Shown here: one piece after another, positions 48,801-57,512 of the stretch | Layout: each line of letters opens with the position of its first letter | Position numbering within the stretch: position 1 is the first letter of the stretch | Origin: a virus | Taxonomy: Duplodnaviria > Caudoviricetes | Length of the DNA: 64,000 nucleotides | IMG/VR virus record: IMGVR_UViG_3300011116_001227 | Strand: one strand, 5' to 3' | Position numbers and translations under genes: made by a program | Notes under the pieces: generated by a model | The model's input: only the letters and a program-made list of their open reading frames with translations | What the model was told of the DNA's origin: nothing | The model's database searches: none

Positions 48801-49628
48801 TCAAGACAGCTCTGCATCCTCCGGGGCGAGCATCACCACGAACCACCAATTGCGCTTCTCACAGAAAGCCTTCGCGGCGTCCCACTTGGCCTGGTCCACG
48901 GCGTCGTGGCGACCCTTCACCTCGTACAGGGTGCGGTCGTCAAATCCGTAGAAATCAGGAATGTAAGTCCGAGTGGTGCCGTCGGGGTGGGTATAGGGAA
49001 TCTGGATGCCGTGGTTCTTGGTGACGTGGTACTGGCGAGACACGCAGGCCTGGTAGAACGCTGACTCCCAAGACGAGTGCATGTGCTCCTCCTCGCCGGT
49101 CCACGGGCTGATCAGGGTCTCACGCTTGAAGGGAGCGTGCGGTCCGATCTTGTTGTCAGCCAAGAGCTGCACGGCACGAGCGGAGGCTTCTTGCCGGAGG
49201 ACGGGTGCGAGGGGCGACTCAGCCCAGAAGCGACGAATAGACTCTGTCTGTTTCTTTATTGCCTCAGGAGTTTTTGAAAGAGGATTCATCTTTTTTATTC
49301 TCTTTTTTGCTACATCTGGGTGTTTTGACATGAATTCTTTCATGTTTACAGAGTTCTTCCTCCCGATCTTCGCCTTCTCTTCTTCAGATTTGATTCTGCC
49401 ATGTGCGTGATGTCCGTGAATAAATCGGGTAAAATCCTTTAAGGCAATATTCCACTTATTTTTGGAACCACATCCACAAGCACAGTGTGGAGCTTGTCCA
49501 CCGTATTTCCACTTGAGCACGTATTCTTGCGCGTTGATCTTGTGACATCGAATGTGTCTTAAGACGAACTCTAATGAATCGAATTCAGTATTACACTCTT
49601 TACAGACATTGTCAATTTCAGTTAACAT
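48801..49628 (-). CDS. putative homing endonuclease: C2H2 + CxCGCG module + TnsA-like PD-(D/E)xK domain
   Basis: CKEC...HIRCH, CACGCG...HGH, NUMOD3-like KSEEEKAKIG, SSWESAF, IPYTHPDGTTRTYIPDF...LYEVKG...KWDAAKAFC. Confidence 0.78.
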   Translation of the reverse strand: MLTEIDNVCKECNTEFDSLEFVLRHIRCHKINAQEYVLKWKYGGQAPHCACGCGSKNKWNIALKDFTRFIHGHHAHGRIKSEEEKAKIGRKNSVNMKEFMSKHPDVAKKRIKKMNPLSKTPEAIKKQTESIRRFWAESPLAPVLRQEASARAVQLLADNKIGPHAPFKRETLISPWTGEEEHMHSSWESAFYQACVSRQYHVTKNHGIQIPYTHPDGTTRTYIPDFYGFDDRTLYEVKGRHDAVDQAKWDAAKAFCEKRNWWFVVMLAPEDAELS

Positions 49629-49641
49629 ATAACTATTATAT

Positions 49642-49674
49642 ATACATCAACTGAATGTTTATAAACTACAAAGG
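49642..49674 (+). repeat. 33-bp direct repeat, copy 2
   Basis: ATACATCAACTGAATGTTTATAAACTACAAAGG; overlaps the base of the capsid-gene terminator stem. Confidence 0.92.
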
Positions 49675-49691
49675 CCACCTTTTGGGTGGCC
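49673..49691 (-). terminator. intrinsic terminator after the major capsid gene
   Basis: perfect stem GGCCACC-CAAAA-GGTGGCC followed by TTTGTAGTTT on the minus strand. Confidence 0.8.
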
Positions 49692-49730
49692 TCTGCAGAT
49701 CTTAGGCTATGAATTCAGATGATATTCATG

Positions 49731-51608
49731 TCATATCACGTTCATGTCCAAGCATGTGACAGTCCCGAAGAAATCACTTCGGACCATCTTCTTGCCGTAG
49801 CGAGTCATCACGCCTTTTCTTGGCGTAAAGTCCTCAGGAGCGAAGATGGTGGGTGTCACAATGAGTGGAACGTATGGAGCGTAGACGTAGCCGGTCTCGA
49901 GGTAGGAGCCGCCCTTGTAGCCGACGAGGATCTTGTTACGTGGGAAGTAAGGATCCTTGTAGACTGTGAAGCGGTTAGAAACTGAGCCGATTGCCTCTGC
50001 ACCGATTGTGAATGGAGAAGCGACCTGTCCCTCGCCATCGATAGAAAGCTTTGGCTTGTAGAGGACAGAGCTCTCGAGGATCGTTGCAACATCTGGGCCG
50101 CAGACCATGAAGTTTGCAGAGCCACGGAGTGTCTTGCGGTGAATGGTGTTCGCAACGTCGATGACTGTCTCAACGAGTGTCTCGTACCACTCACGAACTG
50201 TACCGGTGAAGGCTGGTCCGATCTGGAGGCCATCAGCGAGGGCAGAGCGTGCTCCTGTAACCTTGTTAACGAAGCGACCAGGTGAACGTGACCAGTAGTA
50301 GTTAGCGCCGTTTGCCTGTGTGACGAGGTCGTTGAGGATCTCGCGGTCGATCTCGAGAGCAATTTGCTCAGAGAGGATCGAGGTGAGCTCAACCTCTGCG
50401 TCCATCGAGTGATAGGCGTTGAGGTCTTGCGCGAGTTCAGGTGACCAACGTGCGCGGAGCTTGCGGGTCTCAGCTGTCACAGCGATAGACTCGATACGGA
50501 TGTCGATCTCTGGGATAACTGGAGATGGGTTTGATCCGAAGTCAGATTCGAAAGAAGGCACTGTAACTGTGCTGCCAGCTGTGCTGTCAACTGAGAGTGC
50601 AGATGAAACAGCGTATGTTACGTGAGCTGTGGCTGTACCTTGAAGCTGAGATGTGTTTGTTGCTGCAACAAGTGCGAGAAGGTGTGCACCGCCGAGTGGG
50701 TTTGGTGTCCAAACCTTAGAGGTGTTGTTCCAGTCACCGCGCTTGTTGAGGCGACGAAGGTTCTTGATGCCTGTGCCACCTTGGAAAGCCTCGCCCCATG
50801 CGAGTGCGTTGGTGAGACCGCTGTGAACAGCGACCTGATCGATTGCAAGTGCGTCGACGTTTGATCCGAGATCGGAGAGCTTGACAACGACGAATGCAGC
50901 ATCGAGTGTTCCTAGTGCAAGAGCATTCTCGACCTGTGGGTCGAAATCTGCGTAGCGAGCGTTAGATCCGCTGAACATGGAATCAGATGTGATCATTGCA
51001 CCCTCAACCCATGTACCAGCAGCGTTCCAAGAACCTGAAGCGTTTCCTGTTGCTGATGCGTCGTAGGTGAGATCGAGTGTAGAAACTGATCCTGTCACGC
51101 GGCTGTAACCTGCACCAACGAGGTCGTACATACCACCAGCTGCAAGAGATCCAGATTGGACGCCCTTACCACGTGGGTTGTTGTAGATAGATTGACCTGC
51201 GGTGTATGTTGATGTAGAATCTCCGCTGATTTGACCAACGTTTGTTCCGTAGGTGTAATCAAGGTAGAAGATTAGACCTGATGGGAGGCTCATTGGTTGG
51301 ATGGAGACGAGCTCGTTGGCAACGAGGCCACCGAACACGCGGCGGACGATTGGGAATGCGATGTTGCTGAAGCCCTGGATCTGACCGGAAGAAGCAATGT
51401 TTCCGCCGCCAGAAGAAAGAGCTGAGCTCTCCTTGAGGACCTGTGCTGCTTGGTTCTCGAGAAGCTGTGACATCATCTCGCGGCGTTGACCGTCGAGTCC
51501 ACGGAGGAGGCCTGTGCGGCTCCACTTCTCTGTTAAACGGGCGCGCTCTGCACCAACGTGCTTGTCGCGAATGCCCTGTGCTAATTGATCTAAGCTAAAA
51601 TACTTCAT
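49731..51608 (-). CDS. gp23: major capsid protein
   Basis: KWSRTGLL.GL, MSQLLENQA, AFPIVRRVFGGL.ANELVSIQPMSLPSGLIFYL, TRKLRARWSPELAQDLNAYH.MDAE.EL, GYVYAPYVPL, PRKGVMTRYG. Confidence 0.96.
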   Translation of the reverse strand: MKYFSLDQLAQGIRDKHVGAERARLTEKWSRTGLLRGLDGQRREMMSQLLENQAAQVLKESSALSSGGGNIASSGQIQGFSNIAFPIVRRVFGGLVANELVSIQPMSLPSGLIFYLDYTYGTNVGQISGDSTSTYTAGQSIYNNPRGKGVQSGSLAAGGMYDLVGAGYSRVTGSVSTLDLTYDASATGNASGSWNAAGTWVEGAMITSDSMFSGSNARYADFDPQVENALALGTLDAAFVVVKLSDLGSNVDALAIDQVAVHSGLTNALAWGEAFQGGTGIKNLRRLNKRGDWNNTSKVWTPNPLGGAHLLALVAATNTSQLQGTATAHVTYAVSSALSVDSTAGSTVTVPSFESDFGSNPSPVIPEIDIRIESIAVTAETRKLRARWSPELAQDLNAYHSMDAEVELTSILSEQIALEIDREILNDLVTQANGANYYWSRSPGRFVNKVTGARSALADGLQIGPAFTGTVREWYETLVETVIDVANTIHRKTLRGSANFMVCGPDVATILESSVLYKPKLSIDGEGQVASPFTIGAEAIGSVSNRFTVYKDPYFPRNKILVGYKGGSYLETGYVYAPYVPLIVTPTIFAPEDFTPRKGVMTRYGKKMVRSDFFGTVTCLDMNVI

Positions 51609-51660
51609 TTTAAAAAACTCCTAAAATTCTAAAGTTGGTTTGTTGTTAATAAGTTTCACA

Positions 51661-53568
51661 TCACTTAATGATGCCCGCGAGCTTAGCCCAACGATCAGCT
51701 TCGTAGCCTTCGTTGAGAGTTGTCGCCGCGGGACGCGCGGGACGTGACGAAGAGCCAACAACACTGCGGTTAGTGGACTCAGAAATCTGACGTCCTGTTG
51801 AACCGCCTTGAAGGGTCTTCACCAAGCTCTCGTAAACAAGCTTCACTTCACGAACATTTGATGCCTCGTCCAATCTCTCAATTACTTCGGCCTTCTGGCG
51901 CTTTGTGAGAGACTCGTTCTGGAGAAGCTTGTTTGTGAAAAGCAGCTTCGCGTTGAACAGATTTGTTTCTGCCAACTTTTCGCGGAGTGTTTCGGTTTCC
52001 TCCGCCAACCGTTGTGAACGACCATTTGTGGTCGATTCTTGACGTGCAGTCGCCTCAGCGAGCATGCCGCTTAGTTTTCTAGAACGAGCAACAGACTCAT
52101 TGAATTGTTGCGCGTAATAATTGTATGCTTCCTTCATGCGAGAAGATTGATTCTTTGCTTTCTTCTTTTGATGTTCTGTCTTGCTCATCTTCGCTTGACG
52201 ATCGGCCTTCATGCCTTGCTTCTTTGCTTGAGAAGCCTTCTTCTTTGCCTCAAACTGAAGTCTTGCTTCAGCAGCAAGCTTTCGCTTGATAGACTCAGCT
52301 TGGCGATTTGATTGGACAGCTGGATGTGCATCTCTCTCGGAGCGAACCTTCTTTGTAGGTCGTTCCATGTGCATCTTCTCTCCCATCTCGTCGACCTCGT
52401 CGACCTCGTCGACCTCGTCAACTTCGTCGACTTCGTGTGCGTCAGCTTCATAAGCTTCTTCGGGTATGTCCTTCTCGTCCATCTCATCAACCATCTCGTC
52501 TGTTGCATGAGCATCGGCTTCTGAGAGATCGATGTCGACGAAGGGGTCACCCATGTCTTCATCTTCAAATTCATCAGAAACTTCACCAGGACCGTGGCCC
52601 CAAGCTTGAACGTCTGCCATGTCTGAAGACTCACGAATTGACTTCATTCTGCTAATTTCATTTCTCAGCATGTTCTCGTCGATCTCAACGACTAAATTAC
52701 CCTTGAGCCAGCGAGTTTCAGTTGCGGTTTCTTCAGATTCCTCTTCCTCAGATGGTTCTTCCGCTTCTGGAGCCTCTTCTTCAGCTTCTTCAGCTTCTTC
52801 AGCTTCACCAGCTTCACCAGCAGCCTCTTCATCAGACTCGCCACCTTCGCTTTCGCTTTCGTCTTCGACAAGTTCAATTTCAACTTCTTCGAGGTCGACG
52901 TCATCTGGAAGATTTTTAAGCTTTAATGAGATTTCTGCTTCGTTGAGTGAGATTTTTTTCATAGTGTTCATTTCTTGCTCCATGAGCTTTTTAAGTGTAT
53001 TGTGGCATTCCTTTAATCGTTCAATTAATGACTGTTTAGCAGAAGAATCTTTCTGTTTCTGCAACGCAGAATACGTATTCTCTACTTCGTTAATAGTAGA
53101 AACTAGTCCTACTAGATACATCTTTGTTTCTCTTAAAATTGCACTAGCACCGGCATAGTTCTCAACAACTTTTTCTAAATTGTTCACGATAGATTCAGTG
53201 CTAACAGTAAGTGACTGATCTCCAGGAACTAAAGCCGAAACAGCTTCTGGATCGTCCATGCTAAGATATGGATCTTCAGAAGTTAAATCTAATATAACTT
53301 CTTCTGCATCATCTTCATCTGGCAAAGAAATTGCAGAAGCTATTTGAGGATCCACATTAACGGCGTCTGGCATCTCGCCAGGGACACCATACATGTCGTC
53401 AAAAAGTAATTCATCATCAGCTGCTGTTTCTCCTAAAAGCTGATTCTCGATAAGATCTTTAATTCTTGGTGTAACAGCCTCTAGAATTGCTCTTTTTGCA
53501 TTGTCTTCAGCTATTTCTTTAAGCTTTTTGACATCCGCTAGAGCTTCCTCGTACAATTGCTTGCTCAT
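51661..53568 (-). CDS. prohead scaffolding / core protein (gp22-like)
   Basis: directly upstream of the capsid gene; LYEEALAD.KKLKE.A..NAK.AILE, long acidic region, NLFNAKLLFTNKL, C-terminal RWAKLAGI. Confidence 0.78.
   Translation of the reverse strand: MSKQLYEEALADVKKLKEIAEDNAKRAILEAVTPRIKDLIENQLLGETAADDELLFDDMYGVPGEMPDAVNVDPQIASAISLPDEDDAEEVILDLTSEDPYLSMDDPEAVSALVPGDQSLTVSTESIVNNLEKVVENYAGASAILRETKMYLVGLVSTINEVENTYSALQKQKDSSAKQSLIERLKECHNTLKKLMEQEMNTMKKISLNEAEISLKLKNLPDDVDLEEVEIELVEDESESEGGESDEEAAGEAGEAEEAEEAEEEAPEAEEPSEEEESEETATETRWLKGNLVVEIDENMLRNEISRMKSIRESSDMADVQAWGHGPGEVSDEFEDEDMGDPFVDIDLSEADAHATDEMVDEMDEKDIPEEAYEADAHEVDEVDEVDEVDEVDEMGEKMHMERPTKKVRSERDAHPAVQSNRQAESIKRKLAAEARLQFEAKKKASQAKKQGMKADRQAKMSKTEHQKKKAKNQSSRMKEAYNYYAQQFNESVARSRKLSGMLAEATARQESTTNGRSQRLAEETETLREKLAETNLFNAKLLFTNKLLQNESLTKRQKAEVIERLDEASNVREVKLVYESLVKTLQGGSTGRQISESTNRSVVGSSSRPARPAATTLNEGYEADRWAKLAGIIK
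52387..52436. repeat. 9-bp tandem repeat encoding (DEV)n
   Basis: CTCGTCGAC x3 plus about 2.5 degenerate units. Confidence 0.85.
52776..52820. repeat. 9-bp tandem repeat encoding (AEE/AGE)n
   Basis: CTTCTTCAG x3 and CTTCACCAG x2. Confidence 0.85.
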
Positions 53569-53603
53569 TTGAGTCCTTTCAAGTTACCAATATTGTCAAT
53601 AGC

Positions 53604-53610
53604 TAATTAT
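53604..53610 (-). promoter_or_regulatory. putative late promoter motif ATANTTA (ATAATTA)
   Basis: exact motif 35 nt upstream of the scaffold start. Confidence 0.5.
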
Positions 53611-53656
53611 TAGCATTTTTCTCAATTTACGATATTTTCTTAAAAGAGATATCAAA

Positions 53657-54259
53657 TCACGATTTTTTGCTACTTCCTAGTTCAATTTGAGAATCAACAG
53701 ACGACGCTCCGATCAGCGGAGAAGATAAACTTGGCGATACGGTTCCCAGATTTTGTCTGTTTTTATTATCAATAGAAGTAGATGATACGGTAATATTCGG
53801 CTTATAAGTTTTTGCATCTTGTAATGTTGAAGATGCTCTTTCAAAATTAACATCTATCGATCCTAAGACACCGGAAGCACCAGGTGATGCTAAATCGGGC
53901 ATAAAGGCATTTGAAGGATCTCCAGCAACTGATTTAGATGGATCTATAAAATTTTCTGCTGAAGTATCAGGTAATGGGACTGCTGAAGTTCCGACAAAGT
54001 ATCTTGGTTTACTTTTGTTGTCAGTTTGAATTAAAACACCGTCAGTCTTTAATGTCGATACAAACGTCTCAGAAATTGAAGCTGCTGCATTTGAATTGTT
54101 AGTCTCATTAGAAATAGACGTAGATCCATACAACAAACCCTTCTGATCAGTCATGGGACTGCTATTAAAAAGTTTGTGTAGCCTGCTGTATTTACTAGTC
54201 GGGCCAGGAATAGGAATACCAACAAAATCTGTGTATCTACCTTTTCCCGGCCCAGACAT
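53657..54259 (-). CDS. head-region protein, paralog A
   Basis: starts MSGPGKGRYT; shares AGDPSNA..PD..SPGA with the next ORF. Confidence 0.65.
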   Translation of the reverse strand: MSGPGKGRYTDFVGIPIPGPTSKYSRLHKLFNSSPMTDQKGLLYGSTSISNETNNSNAAASISETFVSTLKTDGVLIQTDNKSKPRYFVGTSAVPLPDTSAENFIDPSKSVAGDPSNAFMPDLASPGASGVLGSIDVNFERASSTLQDAKTYKPNITVSSTSIDNKNRQNLGTVSPSLSSPLIGASSVDSQIELGSSKKS

Positions 54260-54276
54260 TATATGAACCTACTATA

Positions 54277-54795
54277 TCAAGCAGAACCTTGTGATTTGCC
54301 TATGGTTAAATCAGTTCCGATTGGAATAGATCCAATTGCTGTAGAAGTTACCACAGGAGACTGAGTGCCTAAATTATTAGCATTTTGTCCTACTGCAGTA
54401 GTTGGCGCTAAATGATTTGGCTTCATTATAGTTGCATCTATCTTTTTAGGACCATGAGGTGCAACATTTACTGCATCTGTTCCTGTAGCTCCTGGAGAGC
54501 TGATGTCTGGAACGTAAGCATTTGATGGATCTCCTGCTATGTTTTTTGTCGTATCAAATGCTTTCGCACCTGAATAGTTCATCTGAACTCCTTGAGGAAA
54601 CATTTGTGCATCTCCCGCGCCTGCGCTTAAAAGATCTTTTGCATTCGTAGCAAGAGTAACAGCATCAACAGGAAACTTTCCTCTGTCGTTAGAAGACTTT
54701 GCGTTGAACAGCGAATATCTAGCATCGTATCGAGCTTTGCTCTTGACATCTAACGGCGTATAGTTGGTGTATCTACCTTTTCCGGGTCCAGACAT
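54277..54795 (-). CDS. head-region protein, paralog B
   Basis: starts MSGPGKGRYT; shares AGDPSNA..PD..SPGA and NLGT.SP with the previous ORF. Confidence 0.65.
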   Translation of the reverse strand: MSGPGKGRYTNYTPLDVKSKARYDARYSLFNAKSSNDRGKFPVDAVTLATNAKDLLSAGAGDAQMFPQGVQMNYSGAKAFDTTKNIAGDPSNAYVPDISSPGATGTDAVNVAPHGPKKIDATIMKPNHLAPTTAVGQNANNLGTQSPVVTSTAIGSIPIGTDLTIGKSQGSA

Positions 54796-54837
54796 AAAAT
54801 TTTTCCTTTAGTAAGAATTTAATCGTCTAGAATGAGA

Positions 54838-55074
54838 TCACTTCCAGCTATTCTTCAGCTCAGTAATCTTTTCGAGACGTCGACGAAGACGTGACTCTTC
54901 AATCTTGAGAGCCTTCATAAAATCAATAGAAAGTTCGTGAGCCTTATCAGATCCAAGTTCATCTGCATCGAGCTCAACAGCATCCTTTGCGTGATCCTCT
55001 GTTGACTCCATCTCGCCGAACTTTGAAACTTCTTCTTCAATAATTTGCTTTAGTAACTTGCTTGTTAATTTCAT
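54838..55074 (-). CDS. small protein with MKLTxxxLKxIIxEE leader
   Basis: MKLTSKLLKQIIEEEVSK; ATATTTA motif at 55104-55110. Confidence 0.65.
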   Translation of the reverse strand: MKLTSKLLKQIIEEEVSKFGEMESTEDHAKDAVELDADELGSDKAHELSIDFMKALKIEESRLRRRLEKITELKNSWK

Positions 55075-55128
55075 TTTCGTATCCTTTGACTGTTTTCTTT
55101 TATTAAATATTCGCTAGCTAAAAAAGAA

Positions 55129-55542
55129 TTATTTATTTGGACTATTTGCAAAAGCTAAATTTGCCCATTTTGATGCTGCTTCTTCTCCAAAGATCTCTTC
55201 GGGATCTTTAGACGCAACAATATTTTCTACAATTCCAACTGGACCTAATTTGGTGGGTGCTCCCGATCGATCATTTTCTATCATTGTGGGTAAACTCTTT
55301 GCTGCAGTATCAGCAAGAATTTCTGCCATTATTGGATTTCCACCTGATTCTTGTAGGATTGCTTGATGAAGAGCGGGTGACTCTCTTCTCTTTGTCTGAA
55401 TTTTTTGTTGAGTTTTGTTGATTGATGTCTTAGACGATTCTTGAATTGGAGTTTTTGAAGCAGTTGCACCAATTCCTTCGCTAAGAATTTCTACAAGGCA
55501 TTCTTTGACAATTGATTTTAGATCTGATTTTGTTAATTTCAT
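55129..55542 (-). CDS. protein with MKLTKSDLKSIVKE leader
   Basis: start taken at MKLTKSD (55542); head-gene cluster. Confidence 0.62.
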   Translation of the reverse strand: MKLTKSDLKSIVKECLVEILSEGIGATASKTPIQESSKTSINKTQQKIQTKRRESPALHQAILQESGGNPIMAEILADTAAKSLPTMIENDRSGAPTKLGPVGIVENIVASKDPEEIFGEEAASKWANLAFANSPNK

Positions 55543-55562
55543 CAAATTTACCTTTCTGCTGA

Positions 55563-55991
55563 TCAGCCCACGCCACTCCAACCACCAAGAATTTCTCCAC
55601 CAGTTGATCCCGATAAAGATCCCGTAAGAGGAGGCATCTGTGCGCTTGAAATTGTTGTTAAACCTGCATATAAGCTAAAACTAATAGTATTGCTAGCATC
55701 TGCTCTAACGTAAACTTCTGTAACTCTAGCATCAAGTGTTACTGTGCTTCCAAAATCAACAATAAAGAAATAATTTCCGCCCACACCATTGACACCATTC
55801 GCAGTAAAACCAATGCGTAATTTCTTTGTAGCTGTTTCGTTATTTCTAATAGTAATACTCTTAGACACTCTTGGAAGTGTGTACTTAATAACATCTGTTG
55901 CCGATGTTGATCCTGTAATAACCCATGGTAAAGGTGATACTTGAAACTCTGGTACGCTGAAGAAGCCCGATGAAGGATTGTTTAATGCCAT
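55563..55991 (-). CDS. putative virion structural protein
   Basis: 142 aa, beta-rich (FQVSPLPWV, LPRVSKSITIRN); head cluster; AGGAG SD. Confidence 0.55.
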   Translation of the reverse strand: MALNNPSSGFFSVPEFQVSPLPWVITGSTSATDVIKYTLPRVSKSITIRNNETATKKLRIGFTANGVNGVGGNYFFIVDFGSTVTLDARVTEVYVRADASNTISFSLYAGLTTISSAQMPPLTGSLSGSTGGEILGGWSGVG

Positions 55992-56042
55992 TTCTATCTC
56001 CTGATCTCTAGAATATTCTTTTTTATTGTTTCTTAGAAACTA

Positions 56043-56654
56043 TCATCTTTTTAAACTGAGAATATCGTTTAGAATTCTGTCAATTCTATCGGACTTGTTA
56101 AAAGCATTCTTCAGTTCGTGAGGATTTATTGTCTTCCCCTCTGGAAGCATAAATGCGCCAGGAGTTGAAGGTTCAGATACGAAATCCCAGCAGATCAGCT
56201 GAAAATCGTCTTGAACGATATGATAATCACCTTGTTTCTTTGTGGTTCCCACACCTCGAGAAGAAATTCCAAGCTTTACACCAGATTCAATTAGTGACTG
56301 AAGTATCTTTCCTGAAGGTGTGTCAAGAATTTCAACAGTACCGTATACAACTTGTTTATCAATGTGAGCTTCTCTAATAAGATGTGAAGCATTCTTTAAA
56401 TTGACGACAGAGGAATCAGGGTGATCAAGCTCACCAAGTGCTCTATTCTCGACAATAAATTTTTGATAATTTCTAACCTCTCTCTCGAGCACATCAATAG
56501 GATAGATTCTTCCATTTTGATTAAGTGTATCAGCTTTTTGCAAGATACCTTTCATCATCACTTTTCCACCATTTTTGTCGCGAGATTCTTTAATCATCTC
56601 TGGCGTGTAATCAAATATTTCGTAAGAATTTAAGAGCTTAAGATCAGCAGACAT
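56043..56654 (-). CDS. gp21: prohead maturation protease
   Basis: GILQKAD..NQNGRIYP, ALGELDHP, NLKNASH, GISSRGVG, DFVSEPST. Confidence 0.93.
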   Translation of the reverse strand: MSADLKLLNSYEIFDYTPEMIKESRDKNGGKVMMKGILQKADTLNQNGRIYPIDVLEREVRNYQKFIVENRALGELDHPDSSVVNLKNASHLIREAHIDKQVVYGTVEILDTPSGKILQSLIESGVKLGISSRGVGTTKKQGDYHIVQDDFQLICWDFVSEPSTPGAFMLPEGKTINPHELKNAFNKSDRIDRILNDILSLKR

Positions 56655-56657
56655 ACA

Positions 56658-57512
56658 TCACTCCTTTGACTCAAGCTCAGAATTGAGCTTTGAATAAATC
56701 ATAAATTTTGTTATTGTTGAATCATCAACAGTTTCAATGCTCTCTTTCAAAAGTTCTTCTTTTGTTTCAAGAAGCTTTTTAGATAAGTGAGGCAAAGATT
56801 TTGTTTCTTCAGCGTAAGCATCAATGCTGCTTATAAGATTGGTTCGAACTTCTTCTAACTTAGTTCTAAGATGTGTAGAATCATTAGATTCTGTCGAGAG
56901 TGCGTAAGCTTTTATAATACTCTTTTGTTGATCACTCAATCCAGAATATTTTTCATTAAGCTTCTTTGTCATGACAGTCATTAGAAGACGAGAAGTTCCT
57001 GCTGAATCTTCTGAAATTGTATGCTCATTCACTGACTTCTTCGGAGTCAAAAGCCAAGAAACAAGTTGATCTTCATACTCAGCAACTCTAGAAATATCAA
57101 CGTCGTCTGATCTCCACTCATTTATTAGTTGTTGAATAGTAGCACACATTCTGTATTCAGAAATATGTTGGTCATAAAATTCTGAATCGTTAATAGTATG
57201 ATTAATATTTCTGATTAAGAGAGACTTTTCTCTGTTGAGATCTTCAACATTTATTTGAATCGCAGCATCTTTTGCTTCTTTTAGAATTCTTGATGCGACC
57301 TGAGGAGAAGAAACAGATGTTTTGACTAAAGAATTTAAAAGTCTAAACTCTCTATACAAATTTGTTCCTTTTTTAAAGTGTCTTCTTAGTATCTTTAATG
57401 AAACTGAAGACTTTTTCTTGTCGTTTTCGACAAGAGATTTAGAAATAGACGAAACTAAAAACTCATATAACAGTATAGAGTTTCTTTTCTTGTTGTGGTT
57501 CTTGCTCATCAC
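56658..57512 (-). CDS. conserved head-assembly-region protein
   Basis: between the portal and protease genes; HNKKRNSILLYEFLV, REKSLLIRNIN; function not assignable. Confidence 0.55.
   Translation of the reverse strand: MMSKNHNKKRNSILLYEFLVSSISKSLVENDKKKSSVSLKILRRHFKKGTNLYREFRLLNSLVKTSVSSPQVASRILKEAKDAAIQINVEDLNREKSLLIRNINHTINDSEFYDQHISEYRMCATIQQLINEWRSDDVDISRVAEYEDQLVSWLLTPKKSVNEHTISEDSAGTSRLLMTVMTKKLNEKYSGLSDQQKSIIKAYALSTESNDSTHLRTKLEEVRTNLISSIDAYAEETKSLPHLSKKLLETKEELLKESIETVDDSTITKFMIYSKLNSELESKE

Noticed and set aside
52387-52820. Short tandem repeats as a possible CRISPR array
   Set aside because: The units are 9 bp, contiguous, in frame within a CDS, and have no unique spacers. No CRISPR array or cas gene was seen in the window.
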